A stretch of 64,000 nt of DNA from Histomonas meleagridis 2922-C6/04-290x (lineage: Eukaryota > Protista > Parabasalia), in NCBI GenBank assembly GCA_020184695.1, contig JAANOX010000121.1:124001-188000 (forward strand), written 5' to 3'. Below the pieces are notes generated by a model that was given only the letters and a program-made list of their open reading frames with translations, did no database searches and was not told the DNA's origin. Below are positions 19,716 through 29,470 of the stretch, in pieces. Within the stretch, counting starts at the first letter, position 1; every line of letters begins with the position of its first letter. The position numbers and the translations under genes were made by a program.

Positions 19716-21059
19716 ATGGAACATATAAAAATTATACAACCATCTCATGATAAAATACATTTAGATTTTTCAAATGATATATATGATAATTTTATTGAAG
19801 ATATTAATTCATGGTGGAGTGAATTTTTTAATCCATCAATTAATGATTTAATTACTTCAATCAAAAATTTTTTTGAACAACATAAAGGATCACCTTTCCC
19901 TATGATTGCACATGTAACTCCTCCACAAGATCAAGCTGATGCCCGTTATTTTCTAGAAGCACTTCAAACTTTGGATGTTCCAGTTATTGAAAAGAAAATT
20001 CATCATATCCAACAAAATGAATTAATATTATTTCATCCTTCTTCACCTCCATCTGATGTTCCAAGAGTTTTAGAATTCTTTCATTGTATTAATCCAAATA
20101 AATTATTCCAAGTTTTTATTGACAATGTTCTCAGAACATTCTTTTCACATGGAATTACACCTCTGCCAACTTTTGTTGGAGAATTAAAATCTCTTTATTT
20201 CGATAAATATCGATCTTTTTCATATTTAATTAGTTTAATACAACAAACAATTTTCACATACATAATTAACAAAGATTTTCAAGAAGTCCAAAATGTATTT
20301 GCATTTGATGAAACTCAATTCATTGATCAAATTCTAAAAAGACCTATCAACTCAAAATATCTTCCAACCACAGCTGTTATTAAACTTAGAGTTCCTGTAA
20401 TGGATTTAACTGAAAACCTTTTACAACATTTTGGATTTGAACATTATTTATTTACAGACGTTGATTCAATAGATGATTTTTGGACATCTAGTAAATACAA
20501 GAATTTACTTGAAAGAATGAAATCAGCAGATGAAAATGAAATGAACGAATTCTTAATTACTAAATCAGGCCCTCTTTCAATAATCTTTCAAAATCTTTCA
20601 AATGAAAAACCTAAATCTTCATCTAAACCTAACCCATCTAGATCACGAAAAGGTAGACAGTTAGCACTTATGAATAAGGTTGAGAAAAAGCAACCACTTA
20701 TTGATGCATTTGAAACAATCATCAGCAAAGTTTTTAGGGCACCCTCAAAATCAAACACAATTAACGTCCTCCATATTTGTGAGGGTGCCTCATTTGATCC
20801 AAGGGGCACCCTAAATGAGATGCTTTTAGACGAAGATTCTGAAAGTGATACTGCTATTGCTTATCAGTTATTACTTGAACAAGATAAAGTAGTTAGTATA
20901 GCAAATTGGATGAAAGCTTTTTCAGCACGAGTTGGAATTAAAGATAAAGCCATATTATTGTCTCGATTCCAAGTAGCTGTAAGTGATCTTGAATATCTTG
21001 GCTTAATTGATAAAAAGACTAGAAAGCCAGGAACATTCCGAAGAATTCTTCGTGTTTAG
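19716..21059 (+). CDS. ORC3: origin recognition complex subunit 3-like protein
   Basis: C-terminal DTAIAYQLLLEQDKVVSIANWMKAF...RFQVAVSDLEYLGLI matches the ORC3 winged-helix signature; first ATG at 19716. Confidence 0.7.
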   Translation: MEHIKIIQPSHDKIHLDFSNDIYDNFIEDINSWWSEFFNPSINDLITSIKNFFEQHKGSPFPMIAHVTPPQDQADARYFLEALQTLDVPVIEKKIHHIQQNELILFHPSSPPSDVPRVLEFFHCINPNKLFQVFIDNVLRTFFSHGITPLPTFVGELKSLYFDKYRSFSYLISLIQQTIFTYIINKDFQEVQNVFAFDETQFIDQILKRPINSKYLPTTAVIKLRVPVMDLTENLLQHFGFEHYLFTDVDSIDDFWTSSKYKNLLERMKSADENEMNEFLITKSGPLSIIFQNLSNEKPKSSSKPNPSRSRKGRQLALMNKVEKKQPLIDAFETIISKVFRAPSKSNTINVLHICEGASFDPRGTLNEMLLDEDSESDTAIAYQLLLEQDKVVSIANWMKAFSARVGIKDKAILLSRFQVAVSDLEYLGLIDKKTRKPGTFRRILRV

Positions 21060-21402
21060 ATATAAATAAATAATTATAAACTGTTCTTACAATTATACCC
21101 GATAGATATTAACAGATGTATTTGAAAGAAGACGATCATTTTAAATTCAAAAATTGCATAAACTATTGAATTAAAAATCAAAAAAAAAATCAAAATATCT
21201 TAATATACAATATATCTAAACATAATAATACAATGTTTCTAAATATTACATATCTAGTGTTATATACTAATATTATATTTAAACATTTTATTGAGGAAAT
21301 ATTCGTCAGGCACCATTAACGTTTTTTGACACACCACAAAATCTCAAATGATTTTGAGTATTTTTTGCCCGGGGCAAAAAAAAATATCCCAAATTAGCAA
21401 CA

Positions 21403-21528
21403 TTATTCATATTTTTTTGCACTTTCAAAATCTCCTTGTGTTTTTAATGTAAGTGTTTTTGTTTTATTATCAAATATTTCAAATGTTTGAATTGTATAAA
21501 GATAAAACATAAAAGAAATCATTCTCAT
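21403..21528 (-). pseudogene. 5' fragment of a BspA-like gene (with its upstream region, to about 21630)
   Basis: MRMISFMFYLYTIQTFEIFDNKTKTLTLKTQGDF is nearly identical to the N-terminus of the BspA at 60913, then stops at KKYE*. Confidence 0.8.
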
Positions 21529-22294
21529 TAGTATGAAAATAAAACAACAATGATCATTACTTGTATATGAAAAAAAAAGAGACACAAAACTAAATTAAAT
21601 ATTACAAGACATTGTCTAAATATTAGTTTTTGAAGACCTTATTGCACATATGTGAACAAAAGCCACTTTTACACAACCCAATCGAAAAAAAGTTATTATT
21701 TTATATATGATGTGTCCTATTCTCTAAACGGTCGTTTGGAATTCGATCAAACAAATTTATCTCTTATTCTTATGTTCATAATTCGTTATAAGTATTTGAC
21801 AGAGATTAAGAATAATAGCAACAGATATTTTTAAATATTTATATAACAAAAACTCTTATATAGAGATTTGACACTTAAAATTAAAAAAAATATATCTTCA
21901 TATAAAATTGGTTTATAAACAAAATTTTTGTGTTTTATATATTCATTCATTTACTATTTAGCGCATTGTATATGGTCAATTCAATATAAGAGAATTATTG
22001 ATTTTCTAGTTAAAATCGAAAATCCTAAAAAAATTATTTTACATTTTTTTTTTTTCTATCATGAAATAAGATATCAAAAATCTGTCTTATCGAAGGAAGG
22101 TTGTAATTTTTTGTGACAAGTAGACCTCACCTAGTGTTCAATTTGACAATAATGAGCTTGAAATAAAATTTACATTTCTTTTTATTTACATTTAGCATAG
22201 AATATATTTTCTTATATGTCTCTATGTTTTATTGCACAGTGATAATAAATAAATAAAAATTTATATGTTAGAGGTAAACTCTGTAAAAAATCGT

Positions 22295-22763
22295 TAATAT
22301 ATTAATTTCAACAGATGAAGAATCAGTGAGAAAATGGAATGAAGAACATTTTATTCCAAAATTTATAAAACAAGAAAAAGATTTAAAAGAAATCGAAATT
22401 AAAGAAAGGTTAGAAGAAAGTCGAAAAGAAAAATCAAATAAAGAAGGAAAACAAAATGAACTAACGAATAATTCACAATCAGAAAAAAGAAATAATAAAT
22501 CAATAAGAAATATATATGAAAATAATCAAATAGCTGTAATCCTTATTTCTTTATCTGTTGCATCAATTCCAATTTTAATTTTTACAATATTTAAAGAAAA
22601 TAAAAATTTAATTGAAGAAAAAGGTAAAATTATTGGAAATAATATCATAAAAATAAATGAAGAAGAAAATAAAACAAATGAAGATGAAAGCATTAAAAAT
22701 GAAAAAGAAAAAGAAGAAGAAGAAAAAAAAGAAATTAAACAAAATAAATCTGACAATGAATAA
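22295..22763 (+). pseudogene. duplicated 3' fragment of calnexin
   Basis: Near-identical to the reverse complement of 62590-63052; lectin and P domains absent; no ATG start. Confidence 0.88.
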
Positions 22764-23460
22764 ATAGCAACCAATTTTTTGCCTGATAAATACCATTTGT
22801 TTCATATTTATTTTAAATTTTTTTTCTTATAAACTACAAAAAATTTGATAATAAAAATAAACATATGTTTTCATTTATAGTAAAAGTTTGTGCTTATCAT
22901 ATTATTTTTAATTTTATCTCATTAAATAAATATTCTCACAAACAGTTACATTACATTATTTTATTTTTATAATGTAAATGATAATTAATAATTATATATA
23001 GATATATATATATATTTATATTTATATTATTAATTTTTTTTCTTAACCCACACAAAACTTATATTAATAATTTTTAAAAAGATTTAAGTAATACTTCCCT
23101 TTATTTATGTTTTAGAGAACTCTTCATTTTATTTTAAAGGTTGCATTACATCAATTTGATGATATCATTTACTGTTGCCTTTTTCTTCTTTGATATCTAA
23201 AAATATTATGAATGATTATTAAAATAAAATTAAGAATAATAAAGAAATAATACTTGCACCAAAAGCAAGTGTAACAGTTTTTGAAGTAGATTTTAATGGA
23301 AATGAAGATGATGTAATATTTGAGTTCGTGATTGAGTTAGAATATATGTTAGAATTTGTATATGATACAGAAGAAGCATTTGCTGTTGTAAATGAGTTTG
23401 ATTGTGTATTTGAGTTAGATTGTGTAAATGAGTTTGATTGTGTAAATGTATGTGTTGGCC
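22295..23460. repeat. inverted segmental duplication, copy 1 (calnexin 3' end + intergenic DNA + BspA 3' tail); copy 2 at about 61960-63052
   Basis: Coding and intergenic DNA align as reverse complements with few substitutions and small indels. Confidence 0.9.
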
Positions 23461-24501
23461 ATGGATTACAATTTTCGATTGTTGTTCCTTTTGATACATT
23501 AAATACACCAAATTTTGTTGAATTATATGAATCCAATGTCATTACACATTTGACAGGACAATTATCAAATGCATCATCACTAACATTAGGTTGTGAGTGG
23601 CCATAATAATAAACACAATATAGAGATTTACATTCATAAAATGCTTGTGTCTCAATTGAAACCACATTTTCACCTATAATAACAACTGATAAATTATAAC
23701 AACTCTCAAAAACTTTTTCATTGATAGTAGTTAATGAATTTGGAATTTCGATACTTTTAAGAGAAGTACAATAGGCAAATGCACAATACTCAATTGTAGT
23801 TATGTTATTTCCAAAAATAACATCTGATAATTTATGACATTCATAAAAAGCAAGCATTTTAATTGTAGAGAGTGAATTTGGTAATTTAATTCGTTCAAGT
23901 GAAGATTCAGCAAATGATTCCTCACCAATACTAATCAGATTTTCGTTAAAAATTACTTCTGTTAAGTTAAGGCAACGAGAAAATGCTTTATCTCCTATTA
24001 TAGACAGTGATTTAGGAAATTTAATTCTTGCAAGTAGAACGCATTCACAAAATGCGCTGAAATTGATTTTCATAAGCTTTTCTCCAAAATTAACTTCAGT
24101 TAATTTTCGACATTTGAAAAATGCATAATCTCCAATGGAAGAAAGTGAATTTGGTAATGAAATTTTACTAAATGCACATCCAAAAAATGAAAAATTGCTA
24201 ATTGATGTTAGATTTTCTCCAAAAATTACTTTAGACAAATTTTTGCAATTATAAAACGCCTCATTACCAATTAGAGAAACTGAATTTCCAATTTTAGCAG
24301 ATGCAAGTTTCATCCACCCACTAAATACACCAGGCGGTATTGAAGTAATATTATCATCAATAATCAAAAAAATAATGTTTCATTTTTATAGAGTGTTGTA
24401 TTTGTAAAATCATCTGAAGTTTTTATTGTAAGTGTTTTTGTTGTATTATCAAATATTCCAAATGTGGGTATAATTAGAAAGCAAAATATCTGAACAATCA
24501 T
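23219..24501 (-). CDS. BspA-like leucine-rich-repeat surface protein (frameshift in a T7 run near 24370)
   Basis: TpLRR repeats (SIGDYAFFKCRKLTEVNFG), TQSN linker, hydrophobic C-terminus; ATG 24501 with signal peptide is out of frame with the LRR ORF at a homopolymer. Confidence 0.85.
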
Positions 24502-24683
24502 TCCTTTCCTATGAAAACAATAATGAAAATGGTTTCTGAGTACAAAAAATAAGACATAAAACTAAAATTATGATTCTAAAGTTTAAGACAAATGCTTTCT
24601 TTCATAAATTATATCAAAAATTTCATTTCAAAAAAGAAATTACTGGTAAAAGAAAATAAATATCTTCAAAATGAAAATAAATT

Positions 24684-26309
24684 TTAATATAAAATACCTT
24701 TACTTTCAAGAAGTACCTTAACGATTTCTGTGTGTCCTTTTTTACATGCGAAAATTAGCGCTGTTTTAAATGATTCAAATAATTTCCAAATATTATTACC
24801 AAATTTTAAATAATTAAAATAATCTTTAACTAAAAAATTTAAATATTTTTAGAATTTACATTAATTCCTTTTTGTTTAAGAAGCAAATAAAAATCTTTAG
24901 GATTGATATCAATTCCATCTTGATCAAGAAACAAAACGACTATTTCAACGTTTCCATATTCAGATGCAAAATGGAGTGGTGAAAGAAAAAATATAAAAAA
25001 AATTTAAATATTATATTGAAATATGAAATCAATAAATTAAATCCAAAAAAAGATAAATAAATATCTTTAACACTAGGATTAATTTCTTTTTGTTCAAGGA
25101 ATAAAACAACCACTTCTAAATCATTATTTTTAGTAGCTTTTATAAGTGCTGTTTCTAATAATCCAAACAAATTCCATATATTATTATTAAATATAAAGTT
25201 AATAAAATAAATTCTAAATAAAACAAAATAAAAATCTTCATCATTAACATTAATTCCTTTTTGTTTAAGAAGGAATTCAACCATTTCTAAATTGTCTTTA
25301 TCTGCAGCTTTAATAAGTGCTGTTTGAAATAATTTTAATAAGTTCCATATAATCAAGAAAAAAATTAAAACAATAAAATAATTTTTAAAAAAAAAACAAA
25401 TGAAAATCTTTTACATTTATATCAATTCCTTTTTTAATAAGTGATACAACTTTTTTTGTTTCACCTTTTTCGGATGCATTTTTAAGTTCTTTAATTTCTT
25501 TTTTTTTCTTATTAAGTAAATCTACAACTTCATTATAACCATTTTTATATGCTATTTCAAGTGGTGTTTTAAAAGTTTTAAATAATTTCCAAATATTATT
25601 TTGTAACATAAAATCATTAAAAGAAATTTTAAATAAAACAAATGAATATTTTCTTTGATGTTAACACCTTTTTGTTCTATAATAAATTTAATAAGTTCAA
25701 TGTTTTTTGTTTCTAAAGATGATAATAAAATACCTTTTGGTATTGGATTATTTTGTATAAAATACTTTACGAGATATAAGTTTCCATTTTTTGTTGCATT
25801 TAAAATATAATTTTCAATAACCAAAATTTGTTTTTTTTCTGTTAAATAAGAAAGAATTTCATAATTTGCATTGTTAAAACATATGCTTTCTAAATCAGCT
25901 GATTTCAATCCAAAACCTGCTATGTCTTTTTCATAAATATATTTAAAAATATCATTTTGATGAAATTTAATTGCTGTTTCATGTGCATTATTAAATGATG
26001 AGTTATTTTGTTCACATAAATGAATTATTTCTAAGTTTCCTCCTGCAATTGCATATTTACCCGTGTTATTTACATTTGCATTATTCATAAGTAAATATTT
26101 AAAACATTTAACTGAAGAAAAAATGCTGCATAATCAATTAATGAAACATCGTTTTGATTAATAAATGAACATTTTTCATAAAGTGATGGTTCAATTGTTT
26201 GATTAAAATCAAAATTATTTTGTGATGATATTTCTTGTAATTTTTGTAATTCATCATCAGAAATTTGACTTATAAACGATTATTTTGCTCTCAATATTTC
26301 ATTTCTCAT
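24684..26309 (-). pseudogene. ankyrin-repeat gene 2 (paralogue of gene 1) with spacer-interleaved hairpin codons; in-frame TAA and a frameshift near the 5' end
   Basis: QEISSQNNFDFNQTIEPSLYE shared with gene 1; junctions at 25568-25647, 25324-25405, 25153-25233, 24983-25062 and 24765-24844; TAA at 26280-26282; T6 versus T7 in the paralogue near 26118-26123. Confidence 0.7.
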
Positions 26310-26760
26310 TTTTGATGATAATTTGAATGATTTTTGTTCGAGTTAAAATCAAGAATATATCTTCCAATTGCAATCGTCAAATTAATATAAAAAAATGAAA
26401 CATATCTATTAATTACTTTCAGCATTCATTTTATCGTCTTTATTTTCAACACATTTTCATCATGATGAAAATATAAAAAATAAATTTGGAACGAATGAAA
26501 ACATATTTGTGTGAAATTATTTTGGTGCTTCACTTTAAATAATAGGAGATAATTATCAGGGGGTTAATTATGTGGGGGATTTGTCATATTCGACTTCAAT
26601 TGGATATTCGTTACATGAATTAGTAATTTCTATTTAAATATATTTACAGCATTCGAATGTTCCATTGAGTTATATATTCTTTAGTGGTGATATCCATCTG
26701 ATTGTGAACTTATAAAAACAAATGAAAATTTGGAAATATTAATAAATATTTATAAATAAT

Positions 26761-28923
26761 TTATGGGATATAATGTACTTTTCCTGTCGGATCTATTTTC
26801 ACGTATTCTTTTTTGTTCAATATTGCGAGTCTTCTTTGGAAGTAATCATCGTCCAATCTAAAGTTAACAACTTCGCTTACATTTGTCTTTAATGCTTCTT
26901 GGTCCATTGATTTATTTGGCTTTATCACTAACATAATTGCTGCGTCCAGTTGATAGTCGTTGTTTTGTGCGATTACCTTTGATATCTTTACTTCATCTTC
27001 CATACTTAGTTGATGGAATGCCAGTCCCATATTCAGTACAGCTTTATCTGCATTGCACCCTAAGTTTAATGAGTATTCGCCATTTTTTGATTGCAAAATC
27101 TTTCCGAACTTTTTTGTTTCCATAACCGTCAGTTTCTTTTCAATTTCATTTTCATCGTTGACTCCCAATTTTTGAGCAATTTTTTCCAGTTTTTGAGGGC
27201 GGGTGACGTTAAAGCACATCAAAATTGATGCGTAATCACCAGAGCAATGAACTTTCTCCAGATTCGGGAAGTTAGAAGCCTTTAATGTGACTCTAGCCAG
27301 ACTGTTAATCCATTCCACGTTTCTTCTTTTGAAGTTCCCCTTATAAATCTTTGTATATAACTTAAATGCTTTTGTTAAACATTTTGGTGGACCAATTAAA
27401 GGGTTATAATGGAAATCACAAGAATCTTTTGATAAGATAATTGCAGCAAATTTTATATTCTTTTCCTTGTATTTACCTATGAATTCCTTTTGTATTTCAT
27501 TTGAATTATTATAATCATTAATTATCGATTCCATTCTTTTAGTATAATCCGAATTACATTCGGCTTCAAACTTCTTGATGATATAATATTCTGCTTCAAT
27601 ATTAAAGTTCTTTAATGACAATATTCGCTTTGTTAATAATTTCGTATAATAAGTTTCAAAGACGTCATTCAATGATAACATCTTAAACAGATAAAAATAT
27701 TTGTCAAGTGTTTCGATATCAACGTTTTCATTAATAAATATCTTGTTCAATGATAACGCTAAAAGCCTTGCGACGTTTTCTGGCTCACTATTAAACCCTC
27801 GTTCAAATGCGACTTTAATAGTTCGTGAACTTTGTGGACCGAATGCTTTATCACATAATTCGATTAATGAGTTATGTAAATTTAATAACTTTTGTATCGG
27901 GTTCTTTGCCTTAAAACATTTTATAGCTTCTTCTTCAAATAGTAATGAAATTTCATGGAGAAAACTTTGGAATGTATTCGTTTCTCGTGAAAGTTTCGCA
28001 CATTGTATAATACTATTGGAGTCATGTTCATTTAATGATGGACGTAAATCGTTGGCATATATTTCCTTAAGTTTATCACTGTAGATAAGTTTATGAAGTT
28101 GGAACTCAAGTGTTTGAAGAAGATTTTTATGATCGAAAATTTGGACATTTTGAAGTTCATTTGATATTATTTCTAATGAATTCGTAAGATATTCCGAAAA
28201 TGGTTTCTCATACTCCATGTTAATGATCGGACGTAAGTAATTAACAATGGATTGGATGAACATTGGTATGAAATGTTTGGGAAAAAGAACATTCGATTTG
28301 AGAAAATTGGAAATCGGAATAAGTGATGTCATGTCTCCGGTGTCACGTAACTCATTGTACGAAGTAATGGCATGTTGACAAGCAGTAACATATGCGTCTT
28401 CGTTATGAAGAAATGCATCATTTATGAAATTTGTAAATATATCTGTGGTCGTTCCGAAAAGTGGATAAAGGAGAAATGTTAAATTTGTTGTTCTGGAAAT
28501 GACATTTTCCCAATATTCGCCAATTTCGATGGAATTATTAAATTTTATAATATGTGATGGAATTTCTTCACTAAATTGACGGAAGAGTGAGGACAAAATG
28601 TTTGTGGCTTCTTGCGAATAATTGGTTTTACTGAGTGCTCTGAAAAATAAATGGTTGGAATATGTTATCGAAGGTTGTCGTTCTGAATAAAGAACAGAAT
28701 GGATGAGCGGTAACATGTTTTCTTTGAATTCGGTGATGCCTGGTTTGGATGGAATATTAAAAGGTGTTTGAAATGTTTTGGGAATTATTGGCTCAATAAT
28801 TTTGAACCCTAATAATGTATCAGATAACTCTTTTTGTGATTGCGCTTGGGGATATGTTGCCACTTTCACAATAGAATTTGATTCTTCTTTTGATTTGTTT
28901 TCTTTTTTGATTTTACGTGGCAT
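26761..28923 (-). CDS. cullin family protein
   Basis: DVFETYYTKLLTKRIL, cullin homology region, C-terminal neddylation domain LDAAIMLVIK...EYVKID...HYIP. Confidence 0.88.
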   Translation of the reverse strand: MPRKIKKENKSKEESNSIVKVATYPQAQSQKELSDTLLGFKIIEPIIPKTFQTPFNIPSKPGITEFKENMLPLIHSVLYSERQPSITYSNHLFFRALSKTNYSQEATNILSSLFRQFSEEIPSHIIKFNNSIEIGEYWENVISRTTNLTFLLYPLFGTTTDIFTNFINDAFLHNEDAYVTACQHAITSYNELRDTGDMTSLIPISNFLKSNVLFPKHFIPMFIQSIVNYLRPIINMEYEKPFSEYLTNSLEIISNELQNVQIFDHKNLLQTLEFQLHKLIYSDKLKEIYANDLRPSLNEHDSNSIIQCAKLSRETNTFQSFLHEISLLFEEEAIKCFKAKNPIQKLLNLHNSLIELCDKAFGPQSSRTIKVAFERGFNSEPENVARLLALSLNKIFINENVDIETLDKYFYLFKMLSLNDVFETYYTKLLTKRILSLKNFNIEAEYYIIKKFEAECNSDYTKRMESIINDYNNSNEIQKEFIGKYKEKNIKFAAIILSKDSCDFHYNPLIGPPKCLTKAFKLYTKIYKGNFKRRNVEWINSLARVTLKASNFPNLEKVHCSGDYASILMCFNVTRPQKLEKIAQKLGVNDENEIEKKLTVMETKKFGKILQSKNGEYSLNLGCNADKAVLNMGLAFHQLSMEDEVKISKVIAQNNDYQLDAAIMLVIKPNKSMDQEALKTNVSEVVNFRLDDDYFQRRLAILNKKEYVKIDPTGKVHYIP

Positions 28924-29460
28924 TGGCACTTTTATGAGTGAATTTCACAATTATCAATTTCGTTGTTCTAAAATCATTATTTGTTATAATTTTATCGACT
29001 TTTTTAATAAATAACAATGTGCCACACATTTATTAGCTATGCTTAGCTTAGTTTTCTAAAAAAATTAATTTTTGAAAATTATTATCAAAATTTTTATAAT
29101 TTTAATCGAAAAGAAAAATAAATGATTTACGTTCGCGCGAACTGCATTGAAAGTTTAATTCCATTTATACAAAGAAGAAAAATAAAATTCAAAATAGATG
29201 CACAAGTTCAAATACTGGATTAGCTTCTTTAAACAAAAGAATAGTATCATCATTTAAAGATATAAATTAAGGACATTTACGATATTGATATCAAATCATT
29301 ACAAGAATTTCTGGTTTTTGTTCTACACCGCCATTAAGAAGTACACTTTTTGTATCAATAGATAACACTTTTTCAACTTAAACGATATATTCTTTGAAAC
29401 TTTTTAAACGTGTTCTAATCGGTCTCTTGAGACCATTTATGCGTACGTTATTAAATGAAC

Positions 29461-29470
29461 TCACTTTTTA
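29461..29470 (+). promoter_or_regulatory. trichomonad initiator (Inr) TCACTTTT
   Basis: TCAYT motif directly before ATG 29471; similar motifs at 31946 and 33101. Confidence 0.6.

Noticed and set aside
24360-24380. Programmed frameshift or phase variation in BspA at a T7 run
   Set aside because: The paralogue has T5, and other homopolymer anomalies in the window point to sequencing error or recent mutation; this cannot be distinguished without reads
24940-25356. 138-aa ORF read straight through the junctions as a real protein
   Set aside because: Non-ATG start, F/I/L/N-rich junction translations typical of T-rich non-coding DNA, and it loses frame at the next 80-nt junction
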